Source: Peribolospora baueri (taxonomy: Eukaryota). From it: 64,000 nt of DNA. Shown here piece after piece: positions 1 to 12,193 of this stretch. A model generated the notes under the pieces. That model saw only the letters and a list, made by a program, of their open reading frames with translations. It was not told where the DNA came from and ran no database searches. The stretch spans positions 62,001-126,000 of the forward strand of contig JAMDHS010000032.1 of NCBI GenBank assembly GCA_029717555.1. Direction: 5' to 3'. Position 1 is the stretch's first letter, and every line of letters starts with the position of its first letter. A program made the translations under genes and the position numbers.

Positions 1-301
1 AACATGCTATTCACCGCACGTATGGACAGTCTCTGGTTCAGCAGAGCTATATTTCAAAACAGCCAACGTGCTCAGGGTCTGTCTCGTATGGAGACACAGG
101 ATAGACCTGGATAATACGATGACACTGTTGTCACGAAGTGTGATGTCGTCACAGCTGAGGCACAGTGGAAACCAGAAAGACAACGAGACGAGAGCGAAAG
201 GAGTGACTACATAGATGGGGGATCTGCTGATGCCTTTGCCGCAAACCATCAGCGAGCAAGAACTGTCCCACTGCGGCAACCTTATACAAACACGGGCTAC
301 C

Positions 302-2453
302 TCATCCGCTCCACTGTAAGCCAGGAAAAAAAACCAGTTTCAATACCGCAGACATGCCAAACCTCAAGGGAGCGCAAGATAGCATCAGATAACGCCACAC
401 AAGAGATGTGGACACTCACCTGGATCGTCTTGAGGTCGATACCTTCCTGTACCATCTCCCAAAGCGGGCTCATGTCGCGGAGTCGATTGACGACAGTAAC
501 AATCTTCTCGCTTACGTAGTCGATCTCGGCTTCCGTCGTGAAACGGCCGATGCCAAATCGGAGTGAGCTATGAGCGTTCTCGTCGTCAAGACCTTTTATT
601 TCAAAAATGTGGAGTTAAAATCGTGTCAGGAAGTATGCATGAATTAGGTTGAAGAATGCAGACTTCACTCACCGAGAGCACGGAGAACGTAGCTCGGCTC
701 CAGCGAAGCCGAGGTGCAGGCAGAACCAGAGGACAGGCAAACGTCCTGTCAACGGAAACGAGCGTAGCGATGAGCACTCCGAGCGAAACGCACACAAACA
801 ATCCACACTTCAACTCACCTTGAGTGCCATGAGGAGCGACTCTCCCTCCACGTACTTGAACGTGAAGTTCTGACAGCCAGGGTAGCCGTTAATGTCTCCG
901 TTCTGCATAACGTGATCGATCTTGCTCGTGATGTTTCTTGTCAGGCGCTCAGCGAGACGCTTGATATGCACGTGGTCGTACTGTGTATGAGGTGCGACGA
1001 GATATTCGAGTGAGAAAGGCTGCCGATGTCATTTGGAAGTCATCATTGGGCGACGATACTTACTGCCATCTCACGCTTGGCAATCCTGCAAGCCTCTCCA
1101 AAGCCGACGATGAGCGGGGGTGCCAACGTGCCGCTCCGAAGGCCGCGCTCTTGACCGCCACCGCTGATGATAGGCTCCAGTCGGACCCTCGGTCTCCGGC
1201 GAATGTATGCAGCGCCGATACCCTTGGGGCCGTAGATCTTGTGTCCTGAGATGCTCATCAGGTCGATGTTCATCTCGTTGACATCCAGGGGGATCTTGCC
1301 TACAGCCTGGGCGGCGTCGGTGTGGAAGAAGACGCCCTTGTGCTTCCTGATTATCTCCCCGATCTCCTTGATGGGCTGGACGACGCCAATCTCGTTGTTT
1401 ACCGTCATGATGGACACGATCGCCGTCCCAGGTCGAATTGCGGCTTCGAGATCCGAGAGCCGGATAAGACCGTTCTCCTGCACAGGGAGGTAAGTGACAT
1501 CAAAGCCTTCGTCCTGCAACACACGGCAAGAGTCGAGAACACACTTGTGTTCCTAGAAGTCGGAAAATATATGACACATGCGTCAACAACCTGTCGGTCT
1601 GGAGGGACTGGCTCAAGGCACTTACGGTTTGCGTAGTAATGATGTGGTTCTTCTTTCCCTTGTAGAAGCGGGCCACACCCTTCAATGCCATGTTGTTGGT
1701 CTCGGTCGCGCCAGATGTGAAAATAATCTCCTTGGGATCTGCGCCGATGAGATCGGCAACGTGCTGCCAGAGCAAGGAAGGGTGTCAGAGCCACATTGTC
1801 CTTCGATCTCCTTACGTAAACCTATTTGGTCTGTCCCACTCACCTTCCTGGCATCATCCACCGCAGACTCGGCTTCCCATCCATACGCATGCGTTCGGCT
1901 GTGTGGGTTTCCATACTGGTTCGTGTAGAAGGGCATCATCGCATCGAGAACGCGGGGATCAACAGGCGTTGTTGCCTGAGCGTCGAGGTAGATGGGTCGG
2001 TTGGCAGAAGCAAGCTTTGGAGATTTTGCCAAGCCAGCGGCAACGAGGTCTGTTTGCATACAAGAGGCGTCAGTAAAGTGTAAAGAAATGACGCTTAGAA
2101 GATATTGAAGGTCGGGCAAGATGCTCACCATCTTGGGCCTTCTTCGCGTCCTTGCCCTTGGTTGGCGCGTCGACGAGGGTAGCCCTGTTAGGAGTAGAAG
2201 GAGTAACAAGACCGCGGGTTTGATGACATTGCCTCAGCTCAGCGAGGCTTCCCCGAGGCGCAGGGACGGCTCCGTTCGACGAGGCCGAGGTGGCGAGAGG
2301 ACCTTGGGTGGCGGGAGCCGGAGTGGAATGGCTGCTCAAAGAGGTGGAGGCGACAGAGAGCGAGCGGACGAGCGGAGGCGCGCAACATGGCCCGTGCGAG
2401 GCATTGGTGGAAACCTGAGCAAGAGCCCGGGAAGATAGGCCACGAGACAGCAT
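302..2453 (-). CDS. NFS1: Mitochondrial cysteine desulfurase (multi-exon)
   Basis: Spliced translation gives an R/S-rich presequence ([13 protein letters not shown]), [43 protein letters not shown], the PLP-lysine motif [24 protein letters not shown] and [22 protein letters not shown]. The last exon is inferred from the acceptor CTTACAG (intron 314-419). Confidence 0.96.
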
Positions 2454-2728
2454 GATAGACGAGTGGTGCTGAAGACGTAGCGGTGATGGTGGTGCGACAA
2501 GAATTATCTGGATTTCTCGTGACGAGGCGGAATGATGATCAGCTTCGGTGATAGACGGAGATAACTCCACGGAAATTAAGGTGGTCGGGAGCATTCACTT
2601 GCTCTTGAACGTCACGACAGCATTCAGCCAGATCATTATAACAACACTTCGCCTGGACGGCCTAGGCAGGGCAGTCAGCCGCCTTCGTAGCAGGTGGTCC
2701 GAGGCCTGTATTCACTGGCTTTTGCACT

Positions 2729-5700
2729 ATGTACAGCAGCCCTCGTCACGTCTCGGATTTGGAGGGTAGCGGAGAGCCGGTTGCTTCAGTGTCCGCACCG
2801 CTCTCTGACTTGTCCGTTCGAAGGCATGAGGCCAATGCCCACATCGATCGACGACGCTGGAGTAGTAGCACGGCAGCGCCTTCTTATGTACAACGGCCTT
2901 GCGCTACGCTGGTGGACTCTGCACCCAGAGACAAACCTCGGCTCCAGTCTTCGCCGCGTCGGCCGTCATCCTCTAACACCCGCTCAAGTACGCCCAATGC
3001 CCCTCCCATTCCGTCACCAAGCAGAGAGGGCAGGCGAGAAAGCGTTGGTTGCCTTGAGTTGGAGAATGAACTAGGCAACTTAAAAGTTACCGGCGGTCGG
3101 GCGGGAGAAGGAGGTAGTGCTTCGTCGACGTCTTCAGGCGCTCTGGTGAGCACAAGTTCCGGTGTTGTAGAAATGATCACTCCCTTCTAGCATGTATTGA
3201 CTCCCATCGCTCATATTGTGCCTTAAGCGTGCCGGGGTATGCTTCTGTTGTGGCTCCCCACTCCGCTTCCCTTCTACAGTCTCCTGCTTCCGCTGCACTG
3301 TGTGCCAGACTGTGAACGATCTGCGGGACATCTCATCAAGCAGCGCGTCCGTACGACGCAGGACCGCGGACGCTGAAACGTTAAACGTGGGACATCTTAC
3401 GACGGCGCTCAGCGAGCTTGATGGAATACCGGTGGTAGATGGAAAAGCAAAGGGGAAGGGGAAGGAGAAAGCAGAGAAGCCACAAGAGGCAGTAGGGCCT
3501 TGCGCAAAGGTTTCCACCAGTGACCGAGACACGGCTATTTCGGACATCGCGGCCGTTCTTCGACAAGTGTTCCGAAGCTGGGATGCTTTGAACAATTGCT
3601 TTGTGCCTGTGAGTGACGAGCGGGAGCCGCCCTTCGGCTTCGATTTTGGGGATGCGTCCAAATCTTTGTGATTCTTTTCGTCGTACGCAGAGCTCGCTTT
3701 CCACCTCCTCAACAACTCGGCTTCCCGTGGACATGACTTCAGTACGCCGCCTTTTTGCTCTCATATCTTCTCGAAGCTCCGAGGAGGCAAGTTACTTCTG
3801 GCACGCGATAGCAAGCGGGTTGGACGAGCTCCTCAAACGTCCTGGAGGGAAGATGATGCACGAGGGAGATATGTGGTGGCTCCTGATAGCGTTGGAAGTG
3901 AGTTATGTCGTGTATGAACAGATCGTCCTTGTCGATCTCACAGTTCCTCCACGGTTTTTTTTTTTTTTTTTTTTTTTTTTTTCGCAGACGCCTCTGTTTT
4001 TCCCATCCGGTTCTGCTATCGCAAAAGTCGATCCTGCCCTCCTACGATCCATGTTCGCCCGTCTACTAGGCCTCATGTCGCACCTGCCCAACCAACTCCA
4101 CCATCATTTGGTCGGCTGGTTGGCCTCTTCCAGTCCTTCCGACTATCCACCATCCATTTTTCTGGAGCACATCGAGGCTGTGAACGCCTTCATCAGCCGT
4201 TGCCTAGCAGAGCATTTTCACGGCCCAGGGGACCAAGGCATTGATGGGTCAGGCGAGGCGTCCTCCTTACGACGATCTACCTCATCGGGAGAACCTCGTC
4301 TCCTGGACTACCACGGGTCCGGGGTGCGGCACGGCGCTCATCCCGCGGCGCACACGTTCCAACATCCTCTGGCCTCCTCGCAATCTCCTTCGGCGCCGGC
4401 CGACCCCATGTCATACCAGACAGACTGGCGCATCCGCTCCGCCGCCCGCGTCCTCGCACTCTATCACGCCGCGAGCTTGCAGGCGGACGGCAAGGTTCCC
4501 ATCGCCAGCTTCTACTGCCTCATGGCCGATCAGGTGCCGCTCATTCCAGACTATCGCGCCTGGGAGCAGAGGGCGGCCAAGTTCAGTCTGTGTCAGTATC
4601 CGTTCTTGTTAAGTCTGGGCGCCAAGATGGCGATCATGGAGGTGGGTGTTTGTTGCGGGTTTCCAACCTATCTACAGTCTCAGTTCTTCGTTCTGACTTT
4701 TGGAGGGAAGAGCTAGGTGAGGAGTGGGCGTGGTACTAATAAGTCGACTCCCCTCTGGCTTTCAGTTCGATGCTCAACGTCAGATGGACGCCAAGGCACG
4801 CGAAGCGTTCCTGAGCACTTTATGGACGAAGAAGGTGGACAAGCCCTACCTCCTTTTGCGCGTTCGGCGAACTCATCTCATCGAGGATTCTCTACGCCAG
4901 GTGAGGTCTTTCTGTGTCCGCTGGATGACGTCGAATCCTAAGACTGACGGAGAGCATTTGCACTTGTTTGGATACTCAAAGATTGCTGCGAATGAGCTGA
5001 ACCTAAAGAAGGACTTGCGGGTGATATTCGAAGGCGAGGAAGGAGTCGACGCCGGAGGTCTGCGCAAGGAGTGGTTCCTGCTCCTCGTACGGCAGCTGTT
5101 CGACCCGGCTTTTGGCATGTTCACCTACGATTCCGATTCTCCGCTCTGCTACTTCAACCCGGCCTCTCTTGATTCTCCCGAGTCTTACCATCTTGTGGGC
5201 GTCGTCATCGGTCTCGCCCTTTTCCACGGTTGCATCCTCGACCCGCCGCTACCGCTCGCCGTCTACAAAGGCTTACTGGGCGCGCCAATCAGGTTGAAAG
5301 ACCTCAAAGCTTTTCGGCCCGGTTTGGCCAGCGGTTTGGAGCGGCTGCTGGCGTGGGAGACTGATGACGTGGAGGAGGTCTTCTGTCGCTCCTTCGTGGG
5401 GTCGTACGAGGCTTACGGGGAGGAGCTACAAGAGGAGCTCATGCCCGGAGGTGCCAACATTCCCGTTACTTTGGCGAATCGGAAGGACTACGTGTCGCGC
5501 ATGCTCAAGTTCGTCTGTGTGGACTCGGTCAAGACGCAGTTTGAGAGCTTCAGGGACGGTTTCTTATCCGTCTGCGGAGGTGAGTCCCACCGCGCAGTCT
5601 GCCGCCCTCCGTCCGACCGGTCGACCTCACTCTGCACCCCTGTACATGTTCGCTTTGCCAGGAAACGCCTTGTCACTCTTTCGCCCCGAGGAGCTCGAAC

Positions 5701-6355
5701 TGCTGTCGCGGGGTTCGCCGGAGCCGCTGGAAGTGGACCAGCTCAGGGCCGTCACCGTTTTGGAAGGGTTCAAGGACGGAGATGTGATAGTCGAGTGAGT
5801 CCTCGCTCCGCCTGGTGGCAAGTGGCCTGGCCGACGAACTGACTCCGAATGTGTGCGATTGTTACGGCGGACTGGATGGGGCTGTAGGGCGTTCTGGTCG
5901 TACTTTGGTTCGCTTTCGGTCGAATCGCAGCACAAGCTACTCGCCTTTGTCACCGGCTCTGATCGCATTCCGGCGACGGGCATCTCCAATCTCGAATTCA
6001 AGCTCAAGGCGGTGGGGAAGGCGACGGCAGATGAACAGACACAGGGCGCTCGGGACACCGAGCTCCTGCCTTGGAGCCATACGTGTTTCAACACGCTCTG
6101 GTGCGTTTGTGGACGTTGGCGTGTTTCCCAGCGTCGCCATTCCCTACAACTTGTGGCTTTTTTTTCTTTCCCTTTTCCGATCCTCTAGCCTGCCGAGGTA
6201 CGCGACGAAAGAAAAACTGGAAGCGAAGCTTAACCAAGCGATCAGTGAGTGTACTGTCGTGGAGCTCCTCCTCGAGCCGGCTGGCCGGAGGCTTACTCCG
6301 TTCTTTTGCGCTCTTGTTGTCCACAGCTGAGAGCGAGGGTTTCGGGCTGCAGTAG
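2729..6355 (+). CDS. HUL4: HECT-domain E3 ubiquitin ligase, Hul4/HERC-like (multi-exon)
   Basis: N-terminal CFCC-x-CFRCTVC motif, FSLCQYPFLLSLGAK, VRRTHLIEDSL, FEGEEGVDAGGLRKEWF, catalytic-Cys motif LPWSHTCFNTL and C-terminal EGFGLQ*. The start ATG 2729 joins in frame through an intron beginning at ~3147. Confidence 0.88.
3955..3982 (+). repeat. T28 homopolymer in an intron polypyrimidine tract
   Basis: Direct count; it lies just before the acceptor CGCAG. Confidence 0.9.
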
Positions 6356-6661
6356 GGAAGCTGGAGTGATGTGGTTTGGGGAGGACGGCTTGATCCATGT
6401 GCATAGCGAAGACAGCCGGAAGAGGCTGTGTATACTCCTTTCGTCCCGTCCCCGTCCTTGTTGATGCCCTCGCTGCCTTTGTCCGCGTCCGCCGTCTTCT
6501 CCATCGTCTCTGTTCTGATACTTTCTCCGCCCGACCCGACGGCGTTCCCTCCTCCTCCTCGTCCATCTCTCTTCTCTGTCTGCTCGCGCCGTCGCAGGCA
6601 GTCGGCCGCGTGTCTGTCTCGCATCATCTCTCCGTCCCGTGGGCGTCGAAATTTGTATGCA

Positions 6662-6665
6662 GTCG

Positions 6666-6697
<32 letters not shown>

Positions 6698-6700
6698 GTC
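6662..6700. repeat. (GTC/GTT)n microsatellite
   Basis: gtcgtcgttgtcgtcgttgtcgtcgtc... in intergenic DNA. Confidence 0.85.
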
Positions 6701-7347
6701 GTGGTGCCGAGCGCGGGTGCGCGGGTCGACGCGGACTCGCGGGGTCGCCGTTGGCCGGACCGCCGGACCGTTGGTGCCGAGCGGGGGCACTTAAGGCGCC
6801 GGCGGCGATGATCTTCCGCGCAGATCTTCGCCAGCATGGACATGATGGATATGATGGATGTGGATGTTCCCCTTCCCCGCAATCTGGTCACAGGATGGTG
6901 CTCGACTTTTACGGACGTGGTCGACAGGCGACGGACCGCATGCTCCTCATTCCCTCCACAGTGCGCCGTCGTTCCTGCTTAGGTGCGAGCACTAGTCACG
7001 GCTACGCTAACAATGTTTTCACCTCTACGTCCCTCGTCTGCCGACGTCTGCCTGCACGCCTCCATGTCTCGAGCCGAGCACGGAATTCGTGCAAGCGGGG
7101 GCGTGCGAGGCGACGAAGACGAAGACGCACTGGCAGCCGTCCCCGTCCACCCTCCGCCGTTCCTGGGCTTACCGCATCGACCCATCCGACGGCGGCGGGT
7201 GTAAGTGGTGGTTTCGGTAACTGACAACTCCACGCTCCTCCCTCGTACAAAAACTAGGGCCCCACGGCGCCCCGCGGCGCTCCCACCGACTTCTTCCTCT
7301 CGCCTCACCTCCCTTCTTCCTGTTCGTTCGTTCGCCCATCGCCCAAC

Positions 7348-10300
7348 ATGGGACGCACCCCACGCTCCCTTGCCCTCTGGCTCCCCCTTCTCTGCGCCAC
7401 CTTCTTCTCCCCGCCCTCTGCGGCCCTCGACTCCTCCGTCGCGCTCAACCCAGGCCGACGTGATGCGACCGGCGACCCGAACTACACCGCTCCCACCCCC
7501 AACGGCAACCTGCCCCTCGACCAGCTGCCCGATGCACGCCCCAAGCCCCAGGACAGGAGGTTTGTAAGCGCCCTCGTGGACGAGGAGATCCAGAGGATCG
7601 CCGCCAAGGTCCAGGATCCCGCCTTGAGGAGGATCTTCGAGAAGTGAGTCGTCGACTGGCCCTAACTAATCCTTCACGAGATGCGCGGCTGACGGACCGA
7701 CCCACCCGACGGGCGGACTGTGTGTGCCTCTTTCAGCACTTACCCCAACACCCTCGACACGACCGTCGCCTGGTTCAACGGGGACTGGAACGAGACGGAC
7801 ACCACCAAGGCCTTCCCCCGGTCCTTCATCATCACCGGCGACATCGAGGCCAGCTGGCTGAGAGACTCCACCTCGCAGCTCGTTAGTTCTCTACAACTTT
7901 CCGTCTGTCTGGGCGCAACGGGGCGCAGAAGTATGCGAGCGGCACTTGTGTCTGCATCTGCTCACCTGCTCCCCTTCCACCTCTTCCTCGCCCTCTGCAG
8001 TCTCCCTACCTTCCCCTCCTCGCCAAGCCGCCTGGAAACCACACCAAGTACGACTCCGACTGGAACAAGCTCTACCGTCTCGCCCTGGGATTGGTGTATC
8101 AGCAGAGCCAGTTTATTATTGCTTATCCTTGGTGTGAGCGTCCTCACGATGACGGGCCCATCCGACCTTTACACGCCAGCCGCACAGACTGCTGATTCAT
8201 CATCTTCTTGCTTTGGTTTTCAAAGCCAACGCTTTTGGTCCTCCGGCCGATGCCCCCATCACTCACAATAAGGTATGCACGTCCGTTCACCGACCGTCTC
8301 CTCGCTCTGGCCGGCGGGAATCCGTCACGAGCCCCTCCCCCCTCCCGCCTCTCATTTGGATCAGAACTCGGCCAATAACGTCTCGGATCCGGGTGCGGAC
8401 TGGATGTACCCTCCTCCTCCGGGCAATGGGGCCGGCTATTATGACCCCAAGCCTACTGCCGCGCAGCAGCAGGAGCCCGCAGAGGCTGGAGGGGTGTATA
8501 CCTGGGAAAGGTGGGTAGAGCTCTTAGTCCTTGATGTTCTCACAAGGCGGATTGCGCGCTTGTGAAGGTGCTCAGAGACCACTCCTTGGCGTTTCCCCTC
8601 CCTCCGCTTCACAGCAAGTTTGAGGTGGACAGCTCCGCCAACTTCCTGAGGCTGCCCTGGGAGTTGTATCAGAACACCGGTAGGAAGGACTTTGTGAACA
8701 ACAAGGTGGGCCACAACGTCCCCTTCGAGCTTGCTCGTCGCTTGCGAGAACGGGGGGATGAGGAAGTTCACCGCCTCGCTCCTCTCTCTTGGCACTTTCC
8801 ATTTCTTCGAAACCGCCTCCAGACTTGGCTCACCGCAGTCCGGCTGGTGGTCGACAACCTGCGCTCCCAACAGCGCTCGACGAGCGAGGAGTACGTGGAC
8901 AACATGTCCGACAAGACCGTCGTCCCTCCCGGCATCGTCTCGCGCTCCGACTCCTGGGTCACCCGTTACGGAGATCTTGGAGGTGGGGTGTACAAGTTCG
9001 AAAGGCAGGCGAGGACGCCGACCGAGACTAGGGGGTTGAGCGGATTTGGGGAGCCGTGAGTACGAACGGGAGGGAGGGTTGAAAGAGTCTTGAATGCTGG
9101 GTAGCGAAGCAGGCCACGACGGCGATGGGATGCCTTTGGGCTTAAAACGCGACTTACATACTTCCTCAGCGCCGCTCGTACGGGCCTGATCAAGTCCGCC
9201 TTCCGACCTTCGGACGACGCCACCATTTTCGCCGGTTTCATCCCTGGTGAGCACGCCGACCAGCTTGAGAGGCAGATGGACCGGCTGGAGAACGTCTCTT
9301 TTTTTTTTGGTTCTTCTTGTTGACCACCTTGTCCTCTCTTCCCATCACCCCTCCTCCCCCGGTTTGTGCGTCCGCTGAACAGCCAACGCAATGGCCGCCG
9401 TCCACCTCGCCCACCTCGCCGAGCTGTTGGACGGCGTGCAAGGGCAAGAGGACCTTGCTGCCAACGCTAAGAGCTTTGCCAACGAGATCCAGCAGGCCAT
9501 TAAGGACTATGGCGTGCAAACGAGGAAGTCCATCGGTGGCATCACGGACGGCGGCGAGGTTTACGCTTACGAGGTCGACGGGTATGGTGAGCACGTCGGA
9601 TCGTCGGATCGGGTCTCGCGGTCTGAAGATCAGCCGACGATGCAGATACGAGAACCGAGTCGAGGTTGTTGGAAACTGTTTCTAATACGTGACATACATC
9701 GCCTCTCCGGCCCGCTTCGCGCGTCTCTTTCGCAGGCTCGGTGTCGTACATGGACGACGCGAACAGTGAGTGGAGACTCCATGGAGGTTTTTTCTTTCAC
9801 CCAGCTCGAGTCACACGTTCCGGCACTCACGTCGTCTCCCGTCGTCGCCCCGCGCCTACAGTCCCCTCCCTCCTTTCCCTCCCCTACCTCGGCTTTGTGA
9901 AGCAGAACGACCCCATCTACCAACGCACGCGCGCCTACGCGCTCAGTCCCAAGACGAACAAGTGGTACTTCAATGGCACCGAATTCGAGGGCATTGGTGG
10001 TCCCCACGTCGGATGGAATCATGCCTGGCCCATGTGAGTGCGAATGCAAGGCGTGCGAGAAAAAACCGCGTGACTGGCTTGTCTAGGCACCGCCCGCTTT
10101 GGCTCTGACGCCACGAGTCTTAGAGAGCGACCTTTGGAAGAAGGCATGTGAGCTCACCGGCTGCCGAGGTCCGCACCATTTTTTTTTTAATTCAGGGCGG
10201 TCATTACCCGCGCTCTGACGACGGACGATGAGTCGGAGATCACCCACGCGCTCACGCTTCTCCGCGCGACGACTGCCGGCACTGGTAAGTAGTCGTGCAT

Positions 10301-10683
10301 GACCGAATGTTTGCGTCAGACGTGCCTTTGCGTGAACCATGGCGTCTTCTCGCTTCCGGGGCCCGCGTTCCTCATCATACTTGCGGCCCTCCATGACGAC
10401 AGGACTGATGCACGAAAGCATCAACGTGTACAACCAGACGGACTTTACCAGGCCTTGGTTCGCTTGGGTAAAGTGAGTCGAGCCATACGAGCCGTCTTGA
10501 ACCGCACGCTGGCCGATGCTGACCGTCTCCCTTTCTCTCGCTTATCACTTCGCTCTTCCCCCTTCTTCGCTTGTCCCGCGATCTTGCTGCGTGCCCTACC
10601 CCTTCCCAAGCGGCCTCTTCGGCGAACTCGTCCGCAAGATCGACGCAGACCACCCTAACCTTCTCAACCAGACATACTCGTAG
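7348..10683 (+). CDS. Secreted glycoside hydrolase family 125 (exo-alpha-1,6-mannosidase-like, DUF1237), multi-exon
   Basis: Signal-peptide-like N-terminus, [81 protein letters not shown] and [18 protein letters not shown]. Confidence 0.92.
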
Positions 10684-10949
10684 TTTTATCCCTCTCGCCA
10701 CCGGGATACTCCCCTAGTACGCACACATTCTGCGCTCATATGCACGCTCAGCATCCGCCTCGCGTGCCGGTATGAAACGGTCCGGTCTCGTCACCATGTA
10801 TGTATGTAGGCGATGGTCGCTGCAAGAGAAGGCTTTCTTAAAGGTTGGAATGGAAGCATCCATTCACCCGCCCATCCTTAAGGCCGCGCTTGCAGCGCCG
10901 TCGTCCGCTATCGAACCAAAAAAGAGCGTGCAGTGGAAGAATCGGGTCT

Positions 10950-11096
10950 AGTAAGGTGCGGCTGAGCTTCTCGTACCAAGCCCGCCCTGCTTGCTTTAGT
11001 CCGTAGAGAGCCTTTTTGAGGCGCAAAGCTTTTTCCTCCGGTGTCGTATCCAGTGGGGGGTTCTAGATAGAACTCCTCGTGCAGCTCGCTGTTACA
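10950..11096 (-). mobile_element. Degenerate Ty1/copia reverse transcriptase fragment A
   Basis: NSELHEEFYLEPPTGYDTGGK, then a +1 frameshift in an A-run, then ALRLKKALYGLKQAGRAWYEKLSRTLL, matching the copia RT LKKALYGLKQA motif. Confidence 0.9.
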
Positions 11097-11442
11097 TAGT
11101 GGCCAGATGGTACGATACGATGCGATGCGAATTGGACACGTGCGTCCGCCGCTCGCCCGCTACACTCGCTCTCCCAATAACACGCACGAATACCTTGAGG
11201 CCGGACGTGAGCTGAACCAATCCGAGAGTTCGAACGCGACGCCGAGAAATTCATTCGGCACGGTGATGGTGATGGACGAGACCAGCCTCCTCCGACGATG
11301 CCAGATGGTGAGCGGCACCCGTATCCCCATTGGCACGGATGAGCGCCTCGCACTCTGTACACTGCCTCCAAGCCCAAGAGGGAGCTTTGCTCTGCGACAA
11401 ACGAGAATACGTGTTGTGGGGACGCCTTCCGGGGGCGCTCCG

Positions 11443-11650
11443 TTCGCAGCGTACGTGGACGACCTCATCATGGCGGGCAGCACCATGCAAGCTCTGGTGG
11501 TCTTCAAGAAGGAGATTAAGCAGTTCTTCAGCGTGAAGGACCAAGGGGAGGCCAAGTGGATCTAGGGATAGAAATCATCCGCACCTCCGACGGCTCCTTC
11601 CCCTCCCAAAGGGTCCTACATTGTGCGGTGCATTCTGGAGCGTTTCCATT
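11443..11650 (+). mobile_element. Degenerate Ty1/copia reverse transcriptase fragment B (YVDD region)
   Basis: FAAYVDDLIMAG...FSVKDQGEAKWI, a frameshift, then GIEIIRT...SQ..YI...ILERF; this is the copia RT catalytic YVDD motif and the motifs that follow it. Confidence 0.88.
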
Positions 11651-11875
11651 GCTCACACGGTCTGTGTGGGACCCCCCGAGTGTATATAAGGCTAGGCCTC
11701 AGCCCCTCTGAGGGGAATAACCAAGATAGTCCCTACCATCCTGATCCACCCTGCTAACAGTCCATCCACCGTAAGTTCTAACATTACTACACGCCTTCCG
11801 CCTTTCGTGCACTGTCCTCCAGCTGAAAGAATGGGTCGACCTCCCGGGGCGGTTTTCCAAGTGGCCGCTCTCATC

Positions 11876-12193
11876 ATGGGCAAGTCGAAAGAAGGTTACT
11901 GTGCCGTTCGCACGGGTCAGCAGAGGGGCATCTACACGAACTCGTGCACTGCCGTGCCTCGCTGCAACCCATTCGCCCGAAGCCGCCTCTAATACCTCGA
12001 ACTCGTGATCGAATCGCTCTCTGAAAGGGCCGAATGCGAGGCACAGGTGAAAGATTACTCCAACGCGGATTTTAAGAAGTTTCCTACGCAACAGGAGGCT
12101 GCTACATTTGTCGCCGGAAGAACGACAGACGTAACCCCTAAGGCGTCTGCCACCAGTGGCAACAGCTCCCAGCCTCCTAAGCAGAGCAGCTGA
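11876..12193 (+). pseudogene. Stand-alone RNase H1 N-terminal hybrid-binding domain (Cauli_VI-like); spliced 77-aa ORF or gene fragment
   Basis: Exons 11876-11943 and 12028-12193 (GT..CTAAT..AG intron) give MGKSKEGYCAVRTGQQRGIYTNSAECEAQVKDYSNADFKKFPTQQEAATFVAG...*. No RNase H catalytic domain is recognisable downstream. Confidence 0.75.

Noticed and set aside
7..279. Possible alternative NFS1 last exon starting with TGG (WDSSC...)
   Set aside because: The nearer acceptor gives the expected short WSG* ending; the long frame has no Nfs1 similarity.
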